Both the position numbers and the translations under genes were made by a program. From Blepharisma stoltei ATCC 30299 (lineage: Eukaryota; Protista; Ciliophora): a stretch of DNA of 64,000 nucleotides. The DNA lies in contig CBFDEM010000015.1 of NCBI GenBank assembly GCA_965603825.1, positions 630,644 to 694,643 on the forward strand. Direction: 5' to 3'. Shown in pieces: positions 11,885 to 24,553 of the stretch. The notes beneath the pieces are model-generated. The model had not been told where the DNA came from, did no database searches, and saw only the letters and a list, made by a program, of their open reading frames with translations. Positions within the stretch are counted from its first letter, which is position 1. Each line of letters opens with the position of its first letter.

Positions 11885-12661
11885 TTATTTTTTAACTTTA
11901 CCAATTAGGGCCATGATTTTAAGAAATAGGCCAATAATGTCAATATATAGAATCATCGCACCAACCACATAGTCGTCTGTGGTTATTCCATACTTACTCC
12001 CATTCACTATAAGCTGGGTATCATAAATAATATAAATCCCATAAAAATTCACCCCCACAAAGCACCAAATCTATATATAATCTACCACTGAATAATGGTT
12101 TCCTACATTGTAAAATGCAAAAATCATTAGCAAAATGATTGAAGATATAAAACTAAGAGAGACTCCTACAGGATGTCTAAATTCTTTTTTTGTCTAAATA
12201 TTTGTTACTAAAAAGGCATAGACTGTCAAAACTAAAGTAACGCCTAAAGTCATTAACGCTGCTGCAATGACAGTGTAAGCGTCATAAAATGTGTAGGCAG
12301 TTGAGACCATGTAGCTTTCGCAAAGTGTCTAAGTAATCGTCACAAAAATTATTAGCAAGATATAATTGGTAGGAACCTTGCGAGCTTTGTCTTTTGAGAA
12401 TATTAATACGAGCATTAAAGCTATAGCAACTATAATAGAAATAACGAAGACTGCGATATCATTTTGAACGAATTCTGTTAAAGTCTCATTAGACATAACA
12501 ATCCCGCAGAATATAACTGTGAGTAAAAGCTGGGAACTTAGAATTCCGTAGACTTTCCTTATAAATCCTGTATAGAAGCTACCTAATTTGTCAGTTTCCG
12601 GAGCTTTTTTCAAGTCGAAATTTGGATCATTGATTTCGAGGTTAACACCTGGATACTGCAT
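11885..12661 (-). CDS. TMBIM/Bax inhibitor-1 (lifeguard-like) membrane protein with several 15-nt introns
   Basis: LGFIRKVYGILSSQL (after removing GTAGCTTCTATACAG), VPTNY, IIYDTQLIVNG, DDYVVGAMILYIDII. Confidence 0.85.
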
Positions 12662-12998
12662 TAAATAATTATAAGTTAGCATTAAATTCGTTTCGCCTTA
12701 AAATTAATAAATTGAAATAATTTTCGCTATAAACTAGACAGTTTGTGTTTGAAGAGGCTGGGTTTATTGCCTGATAAAATATTTACATTGCAAAAAAATG
12801 CTAATAATCATAAATCAATTCGTTGAGAATGGTAAATCTAAGATCAAAGCTAAAAAACTCATTAATTTCTCTATCAATTGTTTTCCTATATTATCTAAAA
12901 TTCTAAAACTACGAGTAGTGTTTACTAAGAATGTAGATAAATATATAACTAAAATTAATACATCTTTAATTATATCAAAGATTAAAAAAAGTACTTAT

Positions 12999-13774
12999 TT
13001 ACTTTTTAAACATCTGAATCAGTTCCATAAACCTAATAAACAGGACAATAACATCTAAGTAGATTAAAATTGCCCCAACTATATAATCATCAGTACTTAA
13101 TTGATATATACTACTATCAAGAATAAGTTGAACATCAATAATAAGATAGCCCCCATAAATTAGCACACCAATAGTGCAATAAATCTAAATAAAGCCTACA
13201 ACTTCTAAAAAACCACCTGAATAAAACATAAAAAAAATCATTATAGAAGTAGAGCTGATCAATAGCACCACAAACCCCTTCATTATTTCAAAATCATATT
13301 TTTCCTACATATGCTTTACAATGCATGAATAGCCAGTGAGGATAAGAGTCACGCTTAAAGTCATAACTGCTGCTGTAATAACTGTAGAAGGGTCACACAA
13401 AGAACAGCAAGTAGCCACCATATAGCTTTCGCATAAAGTCTAAATAATTTTCACAAATAAGAGCAAAACAAAATAATTTGTAGGAACTGCACAAGATATA
13501 TTTTTGCAACATTCAGAAGAATATATAAGGCTATAGCGCAAAATGCAGCTAAGATAGCGAAGACATAATTTTCTTGAACAAACTCGGAATAAATAGGATT
13601 TGACATGACAATGGCACTAACTATGGCAGTTACTAAGAGCTGCGCACTCATGATGCCATATACTTTTCTAATAAAATCTGCCTAGAAAATACTTAATGAG
13701 TCGTCACGAATAGGAGCTTCTTTTATATCGAAGTTTGGATCATTGACCTCAAGATGCACACCTGGGTATTCCAT
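12999..13774 (-). CDS. Second TMBIM/BI-1 paralog; apparent 1-nt frameshift near 13510 (pseudogene or sequence error)
   Basis: Same motifs and intron positions as the 11885-12661 gene (FIRKVYGIMSAQL, VPTNY, DDYIVGAILIYLDVI). VPTNY is out of frame with the preceding exon. Confidence 0.75.
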
Positions 13775-15107
13775 TTTACAATTATTATAACGAATTAGAA
13801 ATTTAATTATCAGAGATAAATAGATTAATATGAAACTTAATAATTTGATTAACATTTTTGAATTGCAAAGTTTTTAAAAGGCATTTGTATGCTCAAAAAA
13901 TAATAAATTTTATTTTCGCAAACAATAGATTGATAATTCTATTATAGTTATTTAAATTTTAATAAAATTTATTATGGATTACTTACGAAAAACCGAAATG
14001 ATCCTATAATTAAAAAAAGGTAAAAGCGTGCAGAAGGAGTTGATTAAAATGAGAGACAGATAATACAAATCTAATAAAAGCAACATCATTTTAAAGGCTA
14101 TTCTGAAAATTTAACTTTTAGAAGAATTTTTATCATATATGAGGTTAACGCTTCAAGTAAAGGAAATATAAAAAGACTATAAAGGATAATAATGGCACAA
14201 ATCCTATAGCTAAAGTTATGGCAAAAGCATAGATATTGAAATATAATTGGCACATCGAGGCTGATTAAGTAGTCTAGAAAATATTTTCTGGAAGCATTTG
14301 GAGTATACCGATTTATAAATCTTATAAAGACTCTCAAAATATGTCTTTCTTATAGCTCGCCTATTAGTTCATCGATCTATTCTGATGACTCTCTAGAATT
14401 GTCAAATTTTACTGTATTTGCCAATTTTGCCATCTTTCAGTTAGTTCGCCAGTCTATATTTAAAATAGCAAATTGAGTTGGAGAGACAATATCATTCCAA
14501 GCCTGGCTCAAAAATCCAAAGAATCTATAAACTACATATACTTCTGAAATAGTAAAAAATATTTAAAATCTACAAATAAATGACTAAAACTCAAATTTAT
14601 ATCTATAATTAATAAAAATAGCATTTTTATTTTAAGCATCAAGGATTCTAATAAATTGGGCCATAATATTCTTAATAGCTGAGTATCCATAAATAATATA
14701 AACCCTAATATAATTACTCCAAAAGCGCACAAATCTATTACTAAAAAAATCACCAAAATAAGTATAAAAATTAGCATTAACAATCAAACTTAGTACTACA
14801 AATAAGGACTATATATGCTTTTCTTATTAATTTCATAAGATAATTCTCATTCAATCATGGTTAGAAGCTTTCTTCATGCCAAAGCTCTAATTTATCTCAA
14901 GATTTGAGACTGAAATTGAATTTAATAGTTATAAGATTAGCCTATTTATAACTGAATAAATTGAGTATGAAAATTGCAAAAACTCTAAAAAGCGTTTGCA
15001 TTAGGCAAAAAGTAAGAAGTTTAATGAAATAAGCATCTCTCAATTTCTATTAAATTTTCTAATAATCTTGCTGACATCTAAAGTTTAATTTTCCATTTTA
15101 TTAATAA

Positions 15108-16376
15108 ATGAAAAGAAACTCAAGGAACCGGAATACCTCAGAATCAGACTCAAACCCAGCCCCTTCGCCTCAAAAAAGAATGAAACAAGACGAAAGCACC
15201 GTCAGCTCAACTGACACTTGGAGAGAAATCAGTAATTCCTATTCAGGCGGGCTAATGACAATAAACATTTCTAGTTCCCCATCAGACAAAGTCTTAGGTT
15301 TCGACATGGACAGCACCCTAATCTGCACAAAATCAGGCAAAACCTTCGCAGTCAACGAAAATGACTGGAGACTCTTATATGACCAAATCCCAGAAACCCT
15401 GAAAAAGTATAGTAGTGACGGCTACCGCATTGTGATCTTCACAAATCAAGGAGGCGTCAAAGCTGGAAAGCAAGACAAAAGCGCTCTTCAGAGAAAAATA
15501 GAAGCTGTGGTCTCTGCTCTTGAGGTCCCAACTTTAGTCCTTGCCGCAATAGACGACGATGAGTTTAGAAAACCATGCCCAGGCATGTGGGATTACTTTG
15601 TTAAAAACTTAAATGGAGGGGTTGCTCCAGATATGGAGCAGTCTTTCTATATTGGAGATGCAGCAGGAAGACCTGCGAGTGGAGGCAGGAAAAAAGATTT
15701 CAATGACACTGACTTAAAATTTGCGCTAAACATTGGGGTTACCTTCCAGACTCCTGAACAGTTCTTTTTAGGAGCACATGAAAATATCCCAGAAGTCGAA
15801 ATAAACCCAAAACTTATCAAAAAAGGTAAAATTAATATAGAGGGGCCTGTGTTGAAAGGAGAGACTGATAATTCAACATTAATGAAAGACCATCAGGAAG
15901 CAATTATTTTTGTAGGGTCTCCTGGGTCTGGAAAATCGACTTTTTGGAAAAATAATTTATCGAGGTATGTGAGGGTTAATAATGATACACTTAAAACCAA
16001 GGAAAAATGCATGAAGACTATGAGGGATGCCCTTAATGCAGGAAAATCATGTGTAATTGATAATACAAATCCTACTGCTGAAGTCAGGGCAAATTACATA
16101 AATATTGCAAAAGAATTCAATGTCCCTGTCAGGTGCTTTTTATTTTCTATGCCAAAAGAGATGGCTTTCCATTTAGATACTTTGAGACTTGTTAATAAGC
16201 ATAGAAATCATTTGTCTGGAAGGGTTGGGAGTATGCCAATCCATAAGTTTTATAAAGACTTCCAAAGGCCTGAGCTGAGGGAAGGGTTTGAAGAAATTAA
16301 AGAAGTTGAGCTTGTAGGAGGGCCATTTGATAATGAAGAAGATGAAAAACTATTTTTCAGTTTTGTTCATTCTTAG
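15108..16376 (+). CDS. PNKP: Bifunctional polynucleotide kinase/3'-phosphatase
   Basis: HAD motif FDMDSTL, IFTNQGG, RKPCPGMW, YIGDAAGR, DLKFALN; kinase P-loop GSPGSGKST; VIDNTNP. Confidence 0.95.
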   Translation: MKRNSRNRNTSESDSNPAPSPQKRMKQDESTVSSTDTWREISNSYSGGLMTINISSSPSDKVLGFDMDSTLICTKSGKTFAVNENDWRLLYDQIPETLKKYSSDGYRIVIFTNQGGVKAGKQDKSALQRKIEAVVSALEVPTLVLAAIDDDEFRKPCPGMWDYFVKNLNGGVAPDMEQSFYIGDAAGRPASGGRKKDFNDTDLKFALNIGVTFQTPEQFFLGAHENIPEVEINPKLIKKGKINIEGPVLKGETDNSTLMKDHQEAIIFVGSPGSGKSTFWKNNLSRYVRVNNDTLKTKEKCMKTMRDALNAGKSCVIDNTNPTAEVRANYINIAKEFNVPVRCFLFSMPKEMAFHLDTLRLVNKHRNHLSGRVGSMPIHKFYKDFQRPELREGFEEIKEVELVGGPFDNEEDEKLFFSFVHS

Positions 16377-16682
16377 TTTAATTACTTATTCTTAAAATTA
16401 CCTAAAAATAGTTATTTGAAGAAAATAAGTCATGGATTTTCAATATTTGTAAAGAAATTATATCAATTTATAAATTTTCCCTCTTTTTTAAGTACAGATT
16501 GATATTATCTAATTTAATCGGACATATACACTTGATTTATTGAAGATTTTCAATAATTATTATATTCTATTCTGCCAAATTTTATTTTCACAAGCTATTT
16601 TAAATATCCATATTTCTATAATAAGATTTACCAAAATAGATAAATTTTAATGCTGACACATCTTTAATAAATAATATTTGCA

Positions 16683-17588
16683 ATGGCAAGCCCAGGTCTC
16701 CTTACAATCCATCCGATATGCGCAGAGCTTAGAAGAAATGTCGAATCCTTCGGGAAAATGGACCCTTATTGTGTTGTTGGGGTTGGCCCCGCTATCGAGA
16801 AAACAACAGTTGCCCGAAATCAAGGAAAATTCCCCAATTGAAAAGATCACTTAAATTTCAGAATTTTCAACGAACAAGTATTCATAATTGGTGTCTGGGA
16901 CCGGCGCCAGTTGCTTGGCGACGAAGAGATCGGCAATGCCCAAGTAAGTCTATATAATGCCAAAACAATGGGAGTTTTCGAAGAGTGGATCCAATTATTC
17001 CACAACGGCCACGATGTTGGACGAGTAAGGGTAAAGGCGACTTTTAAACCTGAAATGATGCAGCCTGGAATGCCACAATACCAAACTGCCCCGATGCCTA
17101 GGCCTATTATTCCGCCTCAACCGCAGGTGATTCTTATAGAAGAGGGTCATCATAGGCATCATGCTCCTGAAGTTATAATAGAGCAGGTTGGGGGATATGG
17201 ACGTCCTCAGCAGGAAGTAATTATTATAGAAGAAGGACGGCATGGACATCATGGGCATCATAGGCACCATCATGGACATCATAATGAAAGAATTATAATT
17301 CAAGGTATTCCTCCTCCTACTCAATTTTCTGGGCCACAATTTGGGTATCCTATGCAGAATGGTTATCCTATGCAGAATGGCTATCCTATGCAGCAAGGAT
17401 ATCCTATGCAGCCTGGATATCCAATGCAACAAGGCTATCCTCAGCAGCAGGCTTATGTCCAGCCTGGAGTGTATTCGCAGCCTACCATGATGCCACCAAC
17501 TCAGCAGAGATTTCAAAATCAGCCCCAACAGGGGATTTATGCGCCTCCTGGATTTTCCCAGCCAAGCTGCCCTTCATTTGACCCTTAA
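16683..17588 (+). CDS. C2-domain protein with His-rich and GYPMQ/XYPPX-repeat tail
   Basis: ATG at 16683: FGKMDPYCVV...GKFPNW(TGA)...VWDR..GDEEIG (C2 domain), in frame with ORF 16911-17588. Confidence 0.85.
17340..17445 (+). repeat. 15-bp coding tandem repeat (GYPMQ[NQP], about 6 copies)
   Basis: GGx TAT CCT ATG CAG units seen directly. Confidence 0.85.
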
Positions 17589-18339
17589 TAATAATATTTC
17601 AACTTAATAAACTCAATATTCTGAAAGAAGAATGCGTCCGCTTATATATTACACTCTGTTAAAAATTAATAATCATAGATTTTATCTGAGCAGTAAATTT
17701 GTGAAAATCAAATTAAATCCTCCATATCTAGATATAGTAATCTATTAGTCATTAAGACCAATATTTTAAGTTTATATATATGCTAGTTAAAAACTCCAAG
17801 CCGCTTTATTAGGTTTTTATAAAGTTTAAATTAAATATCGTTTAAAAGTAATTACAAAATCCTTGCTTTAATATAATTTGCTTATTTGGCAGGCTTTCAA
17901 TGTTAATTTTCTAAATAGGCATAAGAAATTGGAGATAAAGTTTAAAATTTTATTGCTTTATGTTCAAAAATTATAGTTAACGAGTTAATTATGTTCAAGC
18001 TTCTTTATGTTCACCCTTAGCAAAACGCTGCGGATCAGAATTGTGACGGAAAAGTGCCTTTAATCATGGCATGACCTGGATAATATTGCAAGCAAGACAA
18101 TTATAGCCTAAATCATAACTTTTTGAGTCAATTTAGATTAAAGCTTCTTATAATATATTACTATTATATCGAACTGGGTTTTGCTTATTCTTATCTCCAA
18201 ATTTACTTTGTAATTAAAAGGAAAAAATTTGCGAATTTGTAGAATTAAAATAAAATAAATAATCAAAGTAAAAATTGGGGAAATAAAAATAGTAAAATAT
18301 TTATTCATTGCATGAATTAAAGTGTTTAAGGGTCTAATT

Positions 18340-21300
18340 CCATCACCCACTAAAGGGTCTTATCTGCAGCTTCTCTTCCTCAACTCATTTCCTACCAGAG
18401 CTTGAAGAAAACAAATTTTTAGAATTGTCAGTGAAATTTTATTTGTCTAAATTTCTCAAAGACTGCAACCAAAACAAGAAAAAAGAGCTCTTTTCAGCAT
18501 TCTGCATCTCAGTTAACCAAAAATTTCCCCCAGAATCAATCCTAAGATGTCATAGATTACCTTCAGGAGATGCTATCCTGATTCCTAAAGAAAAATCAAT
18601 ACAACAAGATTTACTGAATCAAATCACATATGAATTAAAATACAAAGGAAGAGAGATCATGATACCAATCGGAATCTTATGACTAGGTGGTGAAATCAAC
18701 TACAATAGGTATCGGATTAATTTTACATTACCTCCTGGAATATCGATTGAGGAAACAATTAAATCATTAAAGCAAATCTGCAATATAAAAGAAATAATTA
18801 TGAATAACACAATACAAAATGAAGGCAAGTTTCACAGTCTTAATTTTATACCAGAAGCAAAATACACAATATATGCTGAATTTAATTCACTAGAGCAAGC
18901 ATTAGATCTCACAGATATATTGAAAATAGGAAATAACTAAATATGATTAAATCACGCAGGAACAATGCAGTGCAACACTTGTAACGAAATCGGACACCTT
19001 GAATCAAACCACGATAAAATTATTGAAATCAGAGAAAAAAGAAAAAGAATTAAGCAATCTAAGAAAGTCAAGAAAGGTTCAAGAAATTTAAATTTAATCG
19101 ATCAAAAATACTTAGTCTCTGATAATAAATATGAAAACAACTTAAAAACACGCAAGATCTCAACAATTAAGCCACCCAAAAAAAACATTCATCCTCCTGT
19201 TAAAACTCAGAATAATGAACCAGTTAATGCCTACAACTATGATATCAAGACATATATTCCTCTAAAGAAGAGCATCATAAAGCCGATAGAAATCATAGGA
19301 AGAACTATTCTAAAAGAAAATCACAAAAATACAATCAAAAAAATTTTTATAATTAAAAAGACTCCAGCAATAAGGAAAAATGAACCAGATAGAGAAGATG
19401 TAAATTGAAAGCTTATTAAGGAATCTTCGCAATCCTATAATGAAACTGCTTCCAAATCTCCAAAACTTTCTCCATCATCAGAAATAAATTCATCCACTTT
19501 GATGACAGATTTTCCTGAAATAAACGTTTCTAAAATCGAAAACCCATTCTTACATAAAAAAGAAAAGAAAGAAAAACTGACAGTTGAACCCTTGATTTCA
19601 ATTTATAACACCCAAAATAAGAAAAAGTTTGAAAATCCTTTCATCAATAAAGATGAAAAAGAAATTTACAAAAATAAAAAGATACAAATACTAGAGAGCA
19701 GAATGTTCCAAGATATGATTAGACCTCTATGCACAATTCTCTTTATTGAAGCATCTGATAATTTCACAGATCCAAAAAAATGATTGAAAATAACCCATTC
19801 TCCCTTAAGAAAAAATAATGTCCTACCCGCTCAAGTTGAAGAGAAATTATAATTCCAAATCCAAGAAGATTGTGCGAAAAAATAATAAGAAAAAATTTTG
19901 GATTCATCAACATTTCAGGAATTGGAAAAGACGATCTATCACGAAGACAATTAAGAAATGTTATGATCGAAAACGATATTACTATCTTAGGAATAGCTGA
20001 AACTTGATTAAAAGATAAAGTTTATATTGATGGTTTTGTGTGAATAGGTAATAATGGACCTATAGTAGGCTACAGAGGATCAGGTGGAACTGGCTTATTA
20101 ATTCATAATTCACTGGCAAATGAAATAACTTGAATTGAAACTAATAACCATAGAATAACTGCAGCAAAGATAGAAGATTTTTTGATAATATGCATATATG
20201 CACCAGTACTTGCAAACCACGGAAATGAAAAATCAATTAACGAATATAAATGAAACTTCTATATCAACTTTCAGAGGAAATAATAGACACACTATTATCG
20301 ATTATATTATTTCAGAAACCCTATCAAAGATTAAATACATAGAAGTTCCACAATTAAACACCAATCACGTATTATTACTATCTCATATAAAAAGTGTCCA
20401 GATAATACCAAAGCAAATATCCGTGATTCCATGATATAAATTAGAAGGCAAGGAATTAGAAGCGTTCCAACACAGAATCTGAATCAATTTCCAGAATAAA
20501 GGAATCTACAAAACTCTTGATCCTTTAGCAATATTTAATAACATCAAATCAACAATTGATGAAGAATCAAAATACCTACTAAAACATTTAAAACCAGACC
20601 ATTTTAGAACCCCAGAAATGAAAATCTTATTAAATAGAATAAATGACTCGAGGAAATGAATAAAATTTTGCTGAACGCAAAATAATAGAGAACTTGCTAA
20701 CAAACTACAAAAGGTAAAAAAGGCATGAATAAATAAACTAAAAAGACTATCTAACTATGAAAAAATCAGTGAAAGCAGATTGAAAGAATGTATGCAAGAT
20801 CCATATGGAGCCTGAAACAAAATAAAACGTCAGATGAATAAAAATAGAATCGCATTATCATTAAACACAGAAGAGATTAAAGCTTGAGCAACAGAATTTG
20901 AAAATCAATTTAAAAGTAAAATAGAATTCATACCACAAAAGGGATGCTCAAAAGAAGAACTATGAGATTTCCAAGATATCCAGAAAATCATTAAAAAATT
21001 ACCAAACAAAAAAGCTCCTGGACCAGACAATATAAGAAATGAAATAATAAAGAAAGGTGGAGATATAATGGCAGAAGCAATTACACATTTCCTTAATAGT
21101 TGCAAATTAAATGGAATCCCAGACAAAGCCAATGAAGCAAAAACAATCCTTATATACAAAGGAAAAGGTAATCCGAAGGAACTTAATAGCTATAGACACA
21201 TAACCTTAATGAATAATTTTATGAAGATTCTTGACAAAGCAGAACTAAAAAGAATTGAAAATACGGTTAATATCTCAGAAAGACAACATGGATTCACAAA

Positions 21301-23061
21301 AGGAAAGTCATGCATGACTCAGATTTTTCTCTTAAAATCTACACTGGAATATCGTAAGTATTACAGGATTGGAAAAGGTAGAGACTCATATATATTATTT
21401 GTTGATTTCTCAAAAGCTTATGACTCAGTTAATAGAATTAGACTATTAGAGAAAATTAAAGCAAAAAATATAAAAAATGATAGCTGAAAAATAATCTCGC
21501 AAATGCTAAAAGGTGAACAAACTACACTTGTCATAAATGGGATTGAAACAGAAAAAATAAACATAACAAGAGGTGTGAGACAAGGAAGTGCAATATCACC
21601 ATTGTTATTTAATATATATATAGATGATATAGAAAAGGAAAATAATGACATCAATATAGAACTCCTCCCCAATCACCAATTAAAATCAAAAATCAATTTT
21701 CAATATGCGGATGATACAGCTTTTGTAATAGAAGATTGAAAAGACATTGAAAACATTTTAAATAAACTTGATAAATGATCAAAAGATAATGATATGAACT
21801 TGAATATAGGACCGGAAAAAACAGCAATAATGCCAATCATAACAAAAAATAGGAAAAATATTATAAGTAAACTACCTAAAATATCATACCAAAATCATGA
21901 AATACCAGTTGTTGAAAAATATAAATATTTAGGCAAAATAATGAATGGAAATATAAGAGGTACAGGATTCGACCAAGCGCATTATAAATACCTCAAAGAT
22001 AAAGCAAAAATATCTACTTGCTCTCTAATCCCTATGATTAGAAGAATGCTTAACATCCCAAGTAAAACTCTTATAAACTGCTTCAAAGCAATATTCTTAC
22101 CAAGATGCACATATGGTCTTGAAATATGCTCAAGAATTAAATGCAAAACTGCAATTAAACAAATTCAAAGATCATTCAATAAGATTATAAGAGAATGTTG
22201 CCATGTTTATGACAAAACACCTATTGAGCCCATATTACTTGATTTAAATATTCCAACAATACAACAATATATTGACCAAAAATTATTGATATTTTTACAA
22301 AAAATTTTTGAATTAACACATATATCTGAGATTGCAACCCATTTCCTAAGAAATTTCGATAATGCAATTACACCGACAATGAAAATCTACCAAGAGTTGC
22401 TTCAAAAATATAATTTTACAAAACCATTCGATTTTAATAACAACATGATTAGCTGAAATGACAAAAATTGAAAAGGAAATGTCAAAGATAAACTCAAAAT
22501 CTATTGAAGAAACGAAAACATGAGCATAATAAATAAAAAAGTAACATAAAGATGTTTAAAGAATTAAAGAATCAAACTTTTACCACGAATAAACTCCCAA
22601 AATTCTGAATACTGAATAAAAACCTAATTACTGAAACAAGAATAAAGGCTGCTTGAAGATATGGTGCTGGTCCATCTAAAGTATTAGTTCTATTGAGAAA
22701 CAGAAATAATCAAGATAACACTTCGAATTTATGTGAATTATGTAAAGTCAAGGAAACAGATAAACATATTCTTAACGAATGCATAAAATATAAAAACGAA
22801 AGAATCAAATTTATACAAAGATTACAAGATATGATAGGCAGATATATTAACAATACAAGCATATACAATTGACTTATTTCAGATGCTACAGAATTAAAAT
22901 TTTTAGAAGAATTAGGTGAAGAAAAATGAGAAAAGATTGACTTTTTAACAAAGATCACACTAAGAAGTATTGATGATAAATTGCGAACTAGCAGAGAAAA
23001 CAGCAAATACAAGCATTTCTTTGAAATCCAAAATATTGAAGATGAAATAGTACGCCAATAA
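18340..23061 (+). mobile_element. Degenerate non-LTR (LINE-type, APE-bearing) retrotransposon: ORF1 with zinc knuckle + ORF2 APE-RT-CCHC
   Basis: ORF1 CNTCNEIGHLESNH. APE: FINISG, GIAETW, GSGGTG, IYAP, IIDYII, TNHV. RT: KAPGPDNI, YRHITL, QHGF, DFSKAYDSV, GVRQGSAISP, QYADD, YKYLG. C-terminal CELCKVKETDKHILNEC. Lesions: TAA at 18938-18940, deletion of the APE GDFN segment near 20250, frameshift near 22540. The 5' boundary is approximate. Confidence 0.93.
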
Positions 23062-23476
23062 TTAATTTAGAAATAGAACCTTTTAGCCTGATAGATCGGT
23101 CTAGTAGCCAATTTTGGGATTTAGGATTTTCAGCATAAGTTTTACTGTCAGAAGAGGCTGATTGTTTGCTTAAATTGATTTTGCTTGACAATCCCCATTT
23201 GATGGTTGCACTTGTTTTGAAACTGATACCTCAGACTAGCAGCCAAGATAATTCCCAAAGTAATTTGGAGCTAGTCTTTCTCATAAAAATCTTGCCTAAA
23301 ATATTTAATTTGACATGATTATTATTAATTTTAAATTAAAACTTTGTTTGTCCTGCTAGAATTGACTTAATAAGGCAATTTATCAAATATTCAGACTAAA
23401 TACAATAATAGAGTTCAAAAATTTATAGATTTTTATTCACAAATCCAATTATTTTAATTTTAAACATAAATTTAGC

Positions 23477-23725
23477 TTAAAACCCTCCTTTCATCTGCTG
23501 GAGCACACGAATGACGCAGTTATTAGTCAATCTTAATTGTTCCAAAGTAGCAGCTCCTTGAGTGCCTATACTTAAATACTTATTCCCAAAAATCACACTT
23601 AATTCACCTTGGCCAAACATCTGTTGAAATTGGTTGTGAAGCTGAGCATAAGTTCACGAGCTGTTTACTTGCAATGTGCGTTGTTGCCCGTTCATATCCT
23701 CTACTCTTATCGTCAAGTTCGACAT
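23477..23725 (-). CDS. Divergent ubiquitin-like modifier, single domain (82 aa, ends GG-F)
   Basis: MSNLTIRVEDMNGQQRTLQVNSSW(TGA)TYAQLHNQFQQMFGQGELSVIFGNKYLSIGTQGAATLEQLRLTNNCVIRVLQQMKGGF*. Beta-grasp pattern and clear paralog of 39680-40225. Absent from the ORF track. Confidence 0.85.
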
Positions 23726-24553
23726 TTATAATTATAAGAAATGGAAATTTGTGTAGATTCTCAGGTGATTTTATAAAGTAAATAATGAAATGATAAAATA
23801 GCTATTAAAATGAGATTTAAAGAAAGAAAACTGCAAGGATATTCTTTAATTACGTTGCATATATGATAGAAAATATTATTTTTAGAAATTTTATCTGAAA
23901 TTATGCTGAGTTTTATTTTATTTTGATGTTTAATAATTTTGCCTTGGGTATAATAATTTTATCTATTAAACAATGGGAAATCTTATTTAATAATGCTATA
24001 AAGTAATGAAAACAATTGATTTTGCTTGAGATGTTCTATAACTTTTGTGAAATCAAAATTTTAAAATTTAGAATTAATTCTTATCAATAATATTTTTGGC
24101 AATTAAAAATTAAGAAATGCTTAAGCTATATTTCTTCTCTTACATTTATATCTGCACTATTAATTTTATAAGGAAAATAATACAAGGCTTCATGCTGAAT
24201 ATTATTAGCTATAGGCTTGGTCAGATGCTAGTTAGGGGGGAACATTATATATAGTGTTTTAGGCGTTTTATTTATTTTAGTTATAATAAATTAATAAATT
24301 TCTTATCTTTATCTCAGTGAGAAGTAAAGTACTTTAAAATCATAATACATATTATTTTATATTATTTGACTTTGTAAAATGATAGGGTGCTAGGTTCATT
24401 CCTTTTATGACTGATTTCTTCAAGTCTAAGAACAGATAGACTTTTATTTGCTAACTAGTTTCTCTAAATCCTTAAAGGCTCAATTTTCATTTAAAAAATG
24501 CGGTAAACTTTATTTCAATGCTTTATAAAAATTTATAGATTCCATATTAATAA

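Noticed and set aside
14040-14815. Hydrophobic minus-strand ORF fragments (possible membrane-protein pseudogene)
   Set aside because: Multiple TAA/TAG stops, no recognisable motif, and AT-rich DNA readily yields hydrophobic ORFs.
20198-23061. RT as telomerase, retron, DGR or group II intron, functionally part of the Ubl system
   Set aside because: The APE domain, ORF1 knuckle and C-terminal CCHC identify a non-LTR retrotransposon. It is disrupted and only adjacency links it to the cluster.
23070-23316. Possible highly decayed Ubl pseudogene on the minus strand (starts ATG TCA AAT; LRYQFQNK; ..SIRLKGS)
   Set aside because: The similarity is patchy across frames with many stops and cannot be told from chance without an alignment.
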